The translations under genes and the position numbers were made by a program. This document shows positions 32,847 to 49,812 of a DNA stretch of 64,000 bases, one piece after another. Source of the stretch: the human T2T-CHM13v2.0 reference genome, Homo sapiens; NCBI RefSeq assembly GCF_009914755.1, contig NC_060926.1; one strand, 5' to 3'. The notes under the pieces are model-generated. The model saw nothing but the letters and a program-made list of their open reading frames with translations. It was not told where the DNA came from and did not search any database. Within the stretch, counting starts at the first letter, position 1. Each line of letters opens with the position of its first letter.

Positions 32847-33169
32847 AGGTTCTGTTTCTCATCACAGTTGCAGTAACCATATGACCTGGACTGTCTGAGG
32901 TCAACCATTCTGTCTTTGGCCCTGTTATATGCACCCGCATTGTGAGACCACAGTCCTGATTGAAGGTTTAGGTGCTGTGGCTACCCTGCCCACAGCTCTG
33001 GATTCCCAGCCCTTTTGATTCTTTGGAAAAAGGAGATTTGCACAGATCAGATGAGAAGGCCATGGGCAGTATGGGGTGGAGAGAATGATGGCGTGTCAGA
33101 CATTCATTCAGCACATTGTGTTGTACCAGGCCCTGGTGAGGTTCTGGACACACGATGGGGAGTGCAGCA

Positions 33170-33600
33170 GACTCATTCCTTATGTGCAAGGAGCTTACAG
33201 TTCAGTACAGAAGACACACATTCATCAGAAACTCGCCCAAATCAGTGTGAAGCTGTAACTATGAGAAGTGTGACAGATCCATGGAGTTGGTAGGGAGAGT
33301 TTGATGCAGGGAGGACAGGTCTTCCATGGAAAGACAGTTGAAGGAGGAGTTGAATAGTAAAAGGGGAGGGGCTGGAAGAGCTTATGATGGGGGAACTGGC
33401 TGTGGAATGAGGCTTGCCAGGAGCAGAGATCCTATGCAAGACCTTGAAGGCAGGTCTAAGGTGTGGGGGCTTTATCTTAAGAGCCATGGGAAGCCACTGA
33501 GAGTTTTAAGCAGGGGTATGAGTTGATCACATTTATGTTTGGAAACGAATCTTCTCTGGTTACTATGTGGAAAGCAGATTGGGGAAAAGTCTTGCTTTCT
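33170..33600 (+). mobile_element. L2-like fragment
   Basis: gagccatgggaagccactgagagttttaagcaggggtatgagttgatcacatttatgttt is typical of L2. Confidence 0.6.
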
Positions 33601-34045
33601 CAATAAGAAGGCAGTGAGCAGAAACCTCTTAGAGTGTTCGCCAGTCATTTCTGCTGCTTCCCTCCCCCTGTAAGCTAAACCAGAGCATGAGGAATTGTCC
33701 GTTTGGTTCACTGATGTATCCCAAGCAACTAAAATTGTGCCTGGCATGTAGCAATTGCTTCCAAAATGCATGCATGCTTCAAAAATTCCCAAGAGCTTCA
33801 GGGCAGGTTTATGTCAATCTCAGATCCTTGATTGACTAAGTAAGGCATCAGTCATCTTGATTCATTTGACCAACTTGTACCGGGACCTAGCATGTGTCAA
33901 GTGGAGGATACAAAGGATCTCATTGCCTCAAAGGGCAGAGACAACAATCAAGGAAGTGGCAAGTGCGGGATAACAATAAGGGCTCAACTGTCCACAGCGC
34001 ACAATAATGAGTTCATCAAAAATGGATTTGCTGAACGTTTCTTGA

Positions 34046-34723
<678 letters not shown>

Positions 34724-35074
34724 GTATCTGCTTTTGGTAAGCTGCATGACCTTGGGCAAGTAGCTTTAACTTCTCAGAGCATCACTTTCCTCACCTGAAA
34801 AGTGGAGATGATAAGAGCTGATTTGTAGGGGTTTTTTGAAGATTAAATGAGATCACTTTTGGATATCACTTTGCTAAGGGGCTGGCACATAGTGGACTAC
34901 CCAGCCATGCCACTGTTCCGTTCCTCCTTCTTCTTTCTCCTCCTTCCTATTCCTCCTCCACTTCCTCTCTTGTTGTTGCTATTACTATTATTATTATTAT
35001 TATTATTACTAGCTAGCCAGGCTGCCTGTATTTCTCCAGAAAACCATTACCCATGGTTTAAAAAATCCACCCTT

Positions 35075-35411
<337 letters not shown>

Positions 35412-37117
35412 TTAGAGGCATATAGAGTTGCCCATATGAGAAGCAGCTCAATTACGATTGTTGAATGCATGGCCTCATCACTTTTGGTTTGGAGCTCACA
35501 GTTGAAACCATGTTTGTCGCCTCTGTCCTCCATGGATTAATATGTGCAGCCTGTCTCTCCTAATCAGATGTCACTGTGGCCTCTCATGGTATCCCGAGTA
35601 GTCACACTCTCCAGAGAATGGCCACCCCTCCAGCCCTTGGGGTACTCTCCTATGGGCCACTTCAAAGGGAGTTTTGCCCACTCCTCATAGCCTGTATTTT
35701 AAGTCAAATCATTTGAAATAAGCCCTCCAAACTGGGTGGAAAATCTCCCTAGGCATTTTTATGTGAAGTGGAAACAGAAAATCTTATTTTTATAGAAAGA
35801 CTCCTCTGGGATCTCACTATCTAGTAGAGAAGACTGGGGCAGCCCTGAGGTTTGTGTTACAAGAAAGGCTTAGGAGGGAAAGGCGTCTAGGCCAGCTTCC
35901 TGGGAAGGTCACATAAATTCCTGCTTAGCATTCAGCGTAGGCTGAGGGCACACCTTCAGGAGACAGGAGCAAACAGACTCCAGCTCCTCTTCCATATTCT
36001 TCCAAAGCAGTTTTGGTGAGTACCAGGACCCACTGCTGTTGAAATGCACACCCACTCACCTCACAGTGTGGCCCAGAAGGAACCAGAACCCAATAGGAGA
36101 GGGGCAGAGTTATAAACAACTCCACTGGCTACATCACACTGTGCTTATCGCTGCAAATATTGACTCTGGAGGATCAAACAAGTGGCCAAAAAAAACAATA
36201 ATATTTTCCCCAGAGAGAAGGTCTTGTTCCAGACAGCCAGGATCAAGTCGGATGGGCAGGCAGTGACAGATGGCACAATGCAAGGTGAAGGTCTCCATGC
36301 AAGGGTGATGCTCTCACGTGGTAGGTCCCCTTGGAACTGCTATGCCCAGGGAAGGAGAGACCAGACTCAGGGTGCCATCAGGTGGTCTTAAAGAACACAG
36401 GGCATCCCATATCGTGGATCAGAGTTCTCAAAGTCAAGAGATTGCTCCAAGAGGCAAATGTCCACAGCAAAGATCCGACTCCAGGTTTGGCAAACATTGA
36501 CCTGAATCCCTTCTTTGGGTCAGACATCCTCCCAGAAACCTCCAAGAACGATTCCACACAATCCTTACAAAAGCCTCATGAACTAGGTGTTCTTACTCCA
36601 TTTTGCAGATGCAAAAACTGAGGCTCCTAACAGTTTGATGACCTGCAAAACAGGTCACATTGTAGGTTATCTGGCAGAGCTGGGATAAGGACTCCCCAGT
36701 AAGTGCCTCTAAAGTGTGCTGTGCTTGTTCTGGTTGTTTCGAGCTCTGAGTTCTTCTGGGTTACAACTCAAATGCCCCTTACACAGTGAAAGTCCAGAGA
36801 GCAGGATTCTGGACAAAGAGCAGGAACTGAGGTCATTGATTGGCTAAGCCTCAGGGTTGTTTACTATTTTGTAAAGATGTGGATAGAAATAATTATTGAT
36901 TCTGCATTCTGGCTCTTGGGCAGAAGGCACAGTTTTGAAAGTATCGGCAAGATGCCCAATGCTGCACCCTAGCCATGCAGTGTGTGTTCCTGTGTGTGTG
37001 GGTGGGTGTGTAGGTGTGTGTGTGTGTGTCTAGTGCAATTGTGGTAGAGGTTTCATTGTGACCCTCTAAAACCTCCCTTCTGCCCAACCCCCAGACAATG
37101 ATACCTTACAGCAAGAG

Positions 37118-37323
37118 CAAGCTTGTCCAACCTGCGGCCCAGGATGACTTTGAATGCAGTCCAACATAAATTCGTAAATTTTCTTAAAACATTATGATAT
37201 TTGTTTGCAATTTTTTTTTTTTTAGTTCACCAGCTATCATTAGTGTTAGTGTATTTTATGTGTGGCTAAAGACAATTCTTCTTCCAATGTGGCCCAGGGA
37301 AGCCAAAAGATTGGACACCCCTG
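37118..37323. mobile_element. MER30-like hAT MITE
   Basis: Inverted termini caagcttgtccaa ... ttggacacccctg; internal gactttgaatgcagtccaacataaattcgtaaat. Confidence 0.7.
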
Positions 37324-38669
37324 CCTTAGAGTCCCTTGGCCACTGATTATTATTATATTATAGCAGAGTCACCTTGGACTCTGCTCTATAGAAAGAAAGG
37401 GCTGGGTCACAGAAGGAGGCCTTTAGTGGATCAGGCCTTCAGGGGATCAGGAGGTGGTGGGAGGATGAAGATAATAACAATGGAGGAAAAAGAGTCATAG
37501 AACACAGAGAAAGAGAGAGAGAGAGACCAACCCCAAGATAAGCTACAATGTGACAGAGAGAAACAGCAATGTAAGAGATAGAAATAGTTGCACTGTGACA
37601 AGTTGCTGAGAGGAGAGGGAGAAACACTTTACAGAAAGTGAGCAAGAGAAGTTTCACTGGAGGCGGCAGTGGGAAAGATTTCAAGTGGGAAGTTGGTGCA
37701 CATGGAGAGCTGTGGATGAGAGGGGGTGATGGACCGCCGTAGAGAGGACTCGGAGAGATGGTGGGTGCTGGGCACTGTGGGACACCACAGAGACACGGTG
37801 CTGCTGCTACCCGTGGCCCCGAGGCCCTGCCAACCACCAGCAGCCTCCAGAAAAGTCGTTTCCAGCAGGCACCTGTTGTCCACGGCTGAAGCCCAAGGGG
37901 AATGTGGAGTTCAGATGTGGCAGAGAGAAAAAGGATCCCAGAAACACCTTCACGACTGAGGAGACAGAGCTCTGATTTCTAACACCACCTCCAGGAAGTC
38001 CTCCCAGCCCACAATTTAGGCTGCAGAACTGCAGAGTTCCCCATGATTCATCTAGAGGCTCATCGTCCCTTTGCGTTGCCTTCATAGCTCTGTAGAATTA
38101 TAATTAGGGTTATAATTCTCTATAGGCCTTTTTTATTTGTGTTTTTCCTGTGGGCGTGTATTGTTTCTTTTAATAGTCTGTACATTTCTCTACTATTTCT
38201 ATCTCCTTTGCAGTATTTGGTGCAGGGCTTCTGTTCTTTTGGGTATGTATAACACTTTACTTCTTCCCCTTTAGCAATTTATTCTTTTATGAAATTCCTA
38301 GCTTATTACATCTTATGCCATTCTCCTGGCCATGTCCTTTGTTAAAAATCCCCTTCCTACTTGATAGCTCTTTATACTGTCCGTTGCCCTCCATGAGGTG
38401 TTTATTATCTCATGAAGGCAGAGCAGAAGTTATTATTCCTCTTTTAAAGATGAATGGACTGAGTCTCAGAGACATGTCTATTACTTAACTTGGCCAAAAG
38501 ATTAAAATATCTTCTACATTGTGTAGCAATATACAGCATACAAGCTGATTTTAGGTGGTATTAGAAGGAAGATCTCTTATTTATGTATTTTGTCTTTATG
38601 TGTAATAGGAAAATAATATATTAAAGCTGTGTTTTGGGGCATATTATTCCTTGCAGTGTTTTTATTTCA

Positions 38670-39150
<481 letters not shown>

Positions 39151-40382
39151 TGAGTTGATTTAAACATAAATATTAGAGAAATAATAATCGACATGGTTCA
39201 AAGATAACGCACAGAGTAGGAAGAAGTTCTTGAATGGCTGATGTTTGGGAAATACTGCTTGATGTGAGCTCTGAACCCAGTGGTGCTGAATAAGTTGTGT
39301 TTTCCTGCCTGGCCACAGTCAGGATGAAAAGGCAGGAATGCCAAGTAGAACGGCTGTTGCTTTGGGAGTTACAGGATCATCCAATTGCCCTGAGGGGTGA
39401 GCTTCTTTTCCTCAGGCTGCGATTCTTCCACCTATGCAAAAGAGAATCACCGAGGCTGCTCACTTGAAGGCATAGCAGGAGAATGAGAATGGAGTAACCT
39501 CTCTACCATAGGCAAAGCCAGGCAGGAGGGTTGTGGGGAGACGGGTGAGGGGACGGGGGCACAGGAATCAGAGAATACCAGTCTCTGCCCTCACTGAGCT
39601 TTCAATGTCATCAGGGAGATGGAGGTAGGGCACAAAAAGAAACACAAAGCCACCTAAACTCAGATCTTAGGACAGCTTTGAGGGGGGCTCCACGCCTGGT
39701 GTTAGGAGGGAGGAACAGGCTAGATGAAGTTTGCCTCACCTTCAGGAAGGTGCTCTGCAAGGACTGAATCAGGAATCATTTTAGAAGAGAGTCTTCCTCC
39801 TACAAAGAACGTTTCCAATCCCCAAACTGCCCCGTAAAGAGTCTCCAAATTGAGGGTTCTACTTTTCCCCTGGGGAGTGATTCTTTGCTACCTCCACCCC
39901 GCAATGGCTGTTTCCAAATTGGATTATTTCATCATTTCCTCCTATTCCTCCCCCCATTCCCCCTCTGTCTTGGTAGAGCAGTAACAGGCTCACCACCTGG
40001 CTTCTGATTAGAAAAGCGAGGCAGCGGTTTAATCACAGAGCAACAGAGAAACAAGGCCTGTCTGTGAAATTGCAGCATGTGGTCTATACATCCCTCTCCC
40101 AGGCCGGAAAGAGTTGGGGAGGTGGAAGGGTGCAGTTCAAACTCATTTCTCACCACCACCCAGCAGCAATTTCATCAGAAATCAAATGTGCCTACAGCAA
40201 CTTCTTGCTTTCCATGTCATGACTCTCTGCTGAGGCAAGAGATTTCCTGGAAAGGGGAGTTAGGGCAATGAGTGTCTGCTGCATTGAGGGAAGGGAGTGA
40301 GGAGACGGGGGAAGGGGAGAGGGCTGTGTGCGCAGCTGGGCACACAGGGTCTGTAGCCTGCATTGCAGTATGCCTCTGCGGG

Positions 40383-40393
40383 GTGTGTGTGTG

Positions 40394-40427
<34 letters not shown>
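40383..40427. repeat. (TG)n microsatellite
   Basis: gt run with one gc interruption. Confidence 0.95.
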
Positions 40428-40428
<1 letters not shown>

Positions 40429-40672
40429 CTGTAGTGTGTCTGTGGGGCAGGCTGGTGTCTGTGGGGTGTAAAGACAAGCTGATCAGTGAGCTTGTAATTT
40501 CCCATTGCCAGGCCCTTGGAAATGCTGGCTGGGTCGCTTTCCATCCTTTATTTGTTTAGCTTTGCCTGCTTCTCAGTGGCCTCAGGAGGGTGAGGGTGGG
40601 GGTAACAGGGAGATGAGATAATTGTGGGGGCCTAGACAAGTTTGCTCAGACAGTATTGTGTGGCTAAGACTA

Positions 40673-41119
<447 letters not shown>

Positions 41120-41819
41120 CTAGGGGATGGGGCGAGCAGGGATTTGCTTGGAGGGGAGGGGGGAGCCAGCAGACAGATTTAGGATTTAGAAGTCTGCTGC
41201 GTTTCAGGAGCTCCCCCATTGGAATAAGATGGGCTGTTGTTTGCCAGGCCTGAAAGTTTTATTTAATGATTCCAAATAGAATATCGCCAAACAGATGTAG
41301 TCTTGTTCCTCGAAAGAAAAGCTGCAGCAGGAAGCAGGGGGTGGGCTGTCCAGTGGAGGCCGCAGCGCAGCTCACATTGTCCACAGATGCCGCACTCTGC
41401 TTGAAACCTTTCCCAGGCCCGTTCTCGCGGCATCTGCTTTGCTTCCTTCTGTTGCCTGTCTCTCTTCCTTTCTCCAAGACGTCTCAGGGTGCACGTCTGA
41501 ATCTTGTCCTGACTGAACAGAGAGGGGCTGCCAGGGCCCGGCCACAGCTGGGTTGAGATTCTCCTCTGGGGACACTGGGGACTGGGAACACCTCACCCTG
41601 GAATCCTGGGAGGGAGTGGGGACCCTCATAAAGAACTTGACATTTGTGGAGCTGGCCTTTCTCACAGGCATTCTAGGGCTTTCTTGGGGTTACATGGATG
41701 GCTGCTCTAATGGGGGTTGGTTGGATGCAGGCTGGGAAGTGATACTTCAGGCCCTATGTTATCTCCTGGGCACGGAAGCCTTTGAAAATCTGCTCTCTAA
41801 AACTGAGGAAGCCCTTGAG

Positions 41820-42037
41820 CAGGGGTGGACCAGCTACAGCCTGTAAGCCAATTCTGGCTGCCATCTGTTCTTGTAAATAAAATTTTATTGGAACACAGCC
41901 TGCTCATTTGTTTAAATATTGCCCTTGGCTGCTTTTGGGATATAATGGCAGAGCTGAGTGCTTGCAACCCCATGAAGCCTGCAAAGCTTAAAATATTTAC
42001 CACAGCGCCCTTTACAGCAAAAGTTTGCCAACTTCTA
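41820..42037 (+). mobile_element. MER58A-like hAT MITE
   Basis: caggggtgg...ttgtaaataaaattttattggaacacagcc...aaaagtttgccaac. Confidence 0.75.
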
Positions 42038-42459
42038 ATCTAGAAAATTCTGGCTGAGGGATGCTTTGCTCAACACCCCTTTCCGTCAGATGCAAAAGGC
42101 CCCTGTCCTGAGCTATCAAGGATTTCCACAACTCCTTTACCCCAATACAAACTTCCAAGAGGGGAGGGAAAAAACTTCTATTTGTTTGTAATGTGTTTAA
42201 TGGGAAGCGCCTCTACCCAAGGCTTGGAGCTCTGTCTATAGTGCTCTTTGTAAAACTGTAAGCCCCAGAAGCTGGGCAGGACTCCTGGCCTGGTAGAGGG
42301 TTGACTCATTTATCCAAATTGGCCTGCCTCTGGAGAGCAGCAGTTGTCCCTTGCTTCCCAGGGAATGACCAGCAGTCGGAGGAGACAAGGGTGAGTGGGG
42401 TTGCCCCTCAACTCCTTGGAACAAGGCTTGGCTTCTATGCAGATGTCCCATCAGTGAGG

Positions 42460-43320
<861 letters not shown>

Positions 43321-43519
43321 GCAATGGCAGTGTGGGCTGTGAGGGGAATAGGGGATGAGGGTGGCCATCTGGTTAGTCCCAGGTGGGGTTCCATTGCTTT
43401 GGTCTGGAAAGCTTCCTCTAGTAGTAGAAGATTTGGACTTTTCCCTTCTGTGCCTTGATATCTCTTTTTTTAGAGGAGAATCACCAAACTCCCTACCTAC
43501 AAAATATAAATCAAGAAAG

Positions 43520-43812
43520 GTTTTTTTTTTTTTTTTTTTTTTTTGTGACAGAGTCTTGCTCTGTTGCCCAGGCTGGAGTGTAGTGGCAAATCTCGGCTCA
43601 CTGCAATCTCCGCCTCCCGGGTTCATGCCATTCTCCTGCCTCAGCCTCCCAAGTAGCTGAGACTACAGGCATCCACCACCAAGCCTGGCTAATTTTTTGT
43701 ATTTTTTTTAGTAGAGATGGGGTTTCACCGTGTTAGCCAGGATGGTCTCGATCTCCTGACCTCAGCCTCCCAAAGTTCTGAGATTACAGGCGTGAGCCAC
43801 CGCGCCCGGCCG
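43520..43812 (-). mobile_element. Alu (AluY-like)
   Basis: Antisense dimer with caccgtgttagccaggatgg. Confidence 0.92.
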
Positions 43813-44253
43813 GAATTGTTTTTTTTTTTTTGAGCCTACAACATGCCAGGTGCTGAGCTCACAGGATCCTCACAACTACCCTTTGAAGTAGACATTATTG
43901 TTCGCATTAAAGATAAGGAAACAGAGGCTCAGAAAAGTCAGATGACTGGCTCGAAGTCATCCAACAAGCAAGTGGCAATGTCAGGATGCAAACTCGGATC
44001 TATTGTTGCATGTTTGAATATTAATTGAAACTGACAATTTCTATTGCTCCTGGAAAAACATCCTACAAAATAAATGTGATAAATAATACTTACATAGTAC
44101 TTAAATGTTTTAGCTGTTGTTTTTAAGTCTTAAGTGCCTAAAATATTGTTATTCATATGCTCACAACAACCCTATGAGGTAGGTATTATCAGTGTCTCCA
44201 TTTTGTAGATGAGGAAACTGACACACAGAGAGGTTAAGAATCTTGGCCGGGTA

Positions 44254-44560
<307 letters not shown>

Positions 44561-45899
44561 AACTTGCCCGAGTTTACACAGCTAGTAAATGGTTGCATTA
44601 GTCAGGATAGCTAGCCTATATTACAATAACAACCCTCTCAAATCCTAATGGCTTAAAACAACAGAGGTTTAATTTATACTCATTAGCTGTTCAAGGCAGG
44701 AGGCTCTATTCTCTAATCCATACAGTCACTCAGGATCCAGGCTGGTGGAGACCCTGCCATATTGTAGCCTCACCATTTAAAACATGAAGAAGATAGAAAG
44801 TGAGGAGTCATGTAGGTTTTGTTCCGTTGCCTCAGGCTAGGAGTGACAGGTCACTTCATCTCACTCACAGCTCACTGCCCACAACTAGTCACTTGTGACT
44901 GTGCGAGTTAAGCTTCTGTGTGTGAAGGAAGGAAAAGAGAATGGGATAAAGGTGAACATCAGCAGGCTCTACCACAGTAGTTTGAACCAAGACTTGAGCC
45001 TAGGTCATGTGGCTTCAGAATCTTTGCTCTTAATCACACTAAACAGCCTCTGTAAGTCATCTTTCCTTCATCCAGTGCCTAAGAACATGCAGTCCAATGC
45101 CCTCATCCTTCAGAAGAACTTGAGTGAACTCAGAGAAATTGAGTAGAGTGCCACAGCATGCCCAAGGCCACACACCCTGAGGTTGGCAGTAGGTCCTGAG
45201 TTAGAGTTGTCATTTCTTGGCTCCCCTGGTAGTAGTGGAAAGGTAAGGTTTTGACATACTAGTTGGATGACCACGGGCAGGTCACTTAAATTGTCTAAGC
45301 ATCGTTTGACCCTTGTAAGAATTAAATGAAATAGCACCTGTAAAAGTGTCTGCACGGACTTACTGCTGTTAGTTTTGTTCCTTTCTTCCTGTTGTCACTG
45401 CACTTCCCTGCCTGTTACCCAGGCCATGCAGACCAGCCAGGCCTTCGACTTACAGTGCGGATAAGATTCCAAATCTCCACGGCTGGTTTCCATGCTTTCT
45501 TCCAGGCTTCTGAGGACCCTGTGCTCTGGTTTCTTCTATTTCTTTTCTATTACTTTTCTGTTACTCTTGAGCACACTTGCTGGAAGCAATATGCATCCAG
45601 TTCTCCCTCTCTTGCCTCATTACACTTTGCAGAACAACTCCAATCCCTTCCAACCAAGTAGTCCCTTTGAATTTCTCCTTCCTCTGCAAACATCTTCCCA
45701 GCTTTACAGAGGGGGGGACGTGGTGCTTTCTGACCTCACACTGAGGAACTCTAAACATCATACCTACTCCTGCACCATGCCAAAAGACATGGGTGCCTCC
45801 CACGTGCCTAATGCAATCATAATGGCAGGACTATCTTTGGCTGAGGGTTGCATACCAGGCAGTGGGTTAAGGATTTCACCTTGTTTTATTTACTCTTAA

Positions 45900-46521
<622 letters not shown>

Positions 46522-47746
46522 TAATTTACTCTTTGCAACAAGTCTCTGAAACAGGTACTATTATCATCCCCTTATTACAGATGAGGAAACTGAGGCTGAG
46601 AGAAGTTAAAAAACTGGCCCCAAATTACATAGCCAGTAAGCAGAGCGGGTGGACATGAATCCAGGCAGCTTGGTCCCAAGGCCCTTTTTTGCTTAACTCC
46701 TACCTGCCTCCAGGGCCCACATTCTGATTCTGATTCTTTTCTTTTGTGTCCTTTCCATTTGGTCACTGTGGAGTCATCCAACCTGATCAGCAACTTCTAG
46801 ATGGCACGGCTATACAAAGCCTAATCTATCATCTGGGAGGAGGCGCTTGGTTAAGATTTTCTGAAGACAAAGATGATGACAGCGATCGATCGAGTTGTTG
46901 ACCTGGCACTTGTTGCTTGTTCAGGAAATCACCACGGAGCATGCAGCCCCAGCCTCAGTTTCACCACAGCACATTTTTCCATTCTTCATCTTTTCCATAA
47001 TGATGTTCCCCAGATTTCCCTTAGGGAGTTTCTTACCAAGGAACTGGGTCAGAAAAGCCAGAGGTCCTCACCCCTGTTCATTCTGTTTCAGGGTTCACCA
47101 AGGAGGAGGCTGTGCTGGTCTCTGGCAAATCCCAGGGGAATGTATAAAAACTAGAGGACATTTCCTCCACTCAAGCAATGCTCTTATCCTTTTGTGCTTC
47201 TTCCCTTCCTCTCGAAACAACAACTAAAACTCAAACTCAAAACTCCTCCATGAAAAAAAAGTATATGAGCCATCCATGGTGGCATGTGCCTGTCATCCTA
47301 GCTACTTGGGAGGCTGAGGCAGGGGGATCACTTGAGCCTAGGAGGTTGACGCTACAAAGTGCTATGACTGTGCCTGTGAATAACCACTGCACTCCAGCCA
47401 GGGTGACACATAGTGACCCCATCTTTAAAAAAAAACTGTGATGGCCGGGCATGGTGGCTCATACCTGTAATCATACCTAGACCTGGAATTTCTGGGTCAT
47501 AGGGTACACATTTGTTCAGCTTCAGTAGACAGAGCCAAAAAGTTTTGCCAAGTAAATGTATGAACGTATACTCCTATCAGCAGTACCTGGAGGTTCCACT
47601 TGCTTCCTATCCTTGCCAACAATTGGCAATTTCCATCTTTTCTCAATTTACCAGTTCTGGTTGAACACCTTCTTTATTCACCGTGGGCTATTCACAGTGG
47701 GGTTAATATATGTATGATAAAATAGGAGGAATTTTTAAAATATGAT

Positions 47747-49178
47747 TTCAACTTTTATTTTAGATTCAGGGGGTGCATGTGCAGGTTTATTATATGGGTT
47801 TGTGGCGTGATGCTGAGGCTTGAGGTATGAACGATCCCATCACCCAGGTAGTGAGCCTAGTAGCCAACAGTTAGTTTTTCAACCCTTGCCCCCTCTGTCC
47901 CTCTCCATCTAGTAGCCCTCATCGTCTGTTGTTGCCATCTTTACATCTATGAGTACCCAGTGTTTAGCTCCCACTTATAAGTGAGAACATGTGGTATTTG
48001 GTTTTTTCTTCCTGTGTTAATTCGCTTGGGATAATGGCCTCCAGCCGCATCCATGTTGCTGCAAAGGACATCATTTCATCCTTTATTTTATGGCTGTGTA
48101 GTACTCCATGGTGTATATATACCACATTTTATTTATTCAGTCCACCATTGATGGGCACCTAGGTTGACTCCATGTCTTTGCTATGGTGAATAGTGCTGCA
48201 GTGAACATATGAGCACATGTGTCTTTTTTAGTAAGATAATTTATTTTCTTTTAGCTATATACCGAGTAATGTGATAGTTCTGAGTACCCTGTGAAATCTC
48301 CAAACTGCTTTCTACAGTAGCTGAACTAATTTACATTCCCATCAACAGTGTATAAGCGTTCCCTTTCCTCTGCAGCCTTGCCAACATCTGTTGTTTTTTG
48401 ACTTTTTAATAATAGCTATTCTGACTAGTGTGAGATGGTATCTCATTATGGTTTTGATTTGCATTTCTCTGATGATTAGTGTTGTTAAGCATTTTTTCAT
48501 ATGTTTATTGGCCACTTGTCTGTCTTCTTTTGAGAAGTGGCTTTGCCCACTTTTTAATGGGGTTATTTGCTTTTTTCCTTGTTGAATTGTTTCTGGATAT
48601 TAAACTTTTATCAGATGCATAGTTTGCAAATATTTTCTCCCATTCTGTAGGTTGTCTGTTACTCTGCTGATAGATTATTTTGCTGTGCACAAGCTTTTTA
48701 GTTTAATTAGGTCCCACTTGTCAATTTTTGTTTTTGTTGCTATTGCTTTTGAGGCCTTAGTCACAAATTCTTTCCCAAGGATGATGTCCAGAATGGTGTT
48801 TCCTAGGTTTTCTTCTATAATTCTTATAGTTTGAGGTCTTACACTTAAATCTTTAATCCATCTTGAGTTCAGTTTTGTATATGGTGAGAGGTAGGGGTCC
48901 AGTTTCTTTCTTCTGCATATGGCTAGCAAGCTATCCCAGCACTATTTATTGACTAGGTACTTTCCCCATTGCTTATTTTCTCAACTTTGTAACATTATGT
49001 CTGGGTTCTCTATTCTGTTCCATTGGTCTATGTGTCTGTTTTTGTACCAATGTCATGCTGTTTTTGTTCCTGTAGCCTTATAGTATAGTTTGAAGTCAGG
49101 TAATGTGATGCCTCTGACTCTTGTTCTTTTTGCTTAGGATTGCTTTGTCTATTTGCACTGTTTTTTGGTTCCATACGA
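47747..49178 (-). mobile_element. LINE-1 3' fragment (L1PB/L1MA-like; end of ORF2 plus 3'UTR)
   Basis: ORF2 peptides [19 protein letters not shown]...[14 protein letters not shown] (48675-48929) and QPTEWEKIFANYASDK (48505-48690), disrupted. 3'UTR motif ctcccacttataagtgagaacatg. Confidence 0.92.
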
Positions 49179-49501
49179 AAAATACAACAATTAGCCAGGC
49201 ATGATGGTGGACACTTGTAATCCTAGCTACTCTGGAAGCTCAGGCAGGAGAATCGCTTGAGCCTGGGAGGTGGAGGTTACAGGGAGTTGAGATCACACCA
49301 TTGCACTACAGCCTGGGCAACAGAGCGAGACTCTGTCTCCAAAAAACAAAAAAACAAAAACAACTGCTTATTGTAAGTTTTCATTTATGTGAAAACTCAT
49401 CCACGCCAGCAGAAGTCAGGACAATGTTTACCCTTGCAGAGCATGGGGATAATAACCAGTAGGGGCATGAAAGGTTTTCCATATGCTGTCAACGTTCTTT
49501 T

Positions 49502-49812
49502 CTTTATTATTTATTTATTTACACAGCATTTCACTCTGTCATCCAGGCTGGAGTGCAGTGGCATAATTACAGCTCACTGCAGCCTCTACCTCCTGGGCTC
49601 AAATGATTTTCCCACCTCAGCCTCCTGAGTAGCTGCGACTACAGGCATGCGACTACAGGCATGCGCAACACCTGGCTTATTTTTTTATTTTTTGTAGAGA
49701 CGGGGTTTCACCATATTGCCTAGGCTGGTCTTGAACTCTTGGGCTCCAGTGATCTTCTTGCATCAGCCACCCAAAGTGTTGAGATTACAGGCGTAAGCCA
49801 CTGTGCCTGGCC
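49502..49812 (-). mobile_element. Alu (AluJ-like) inside an old L1 3' end (L1ME-like, about 49363-49925, + strand)
   Basis: TSD aacgttctt / aatgttctt. Internal 14-bp tandem duplication gcgactacaggcat at 49635-49662. Confidence 0.85.

Noticed and set aside
48505-48929. L1 ORF2-like peptides
   Set aside because: Truncated, disrupted LINE-1 remnant and not a gene.
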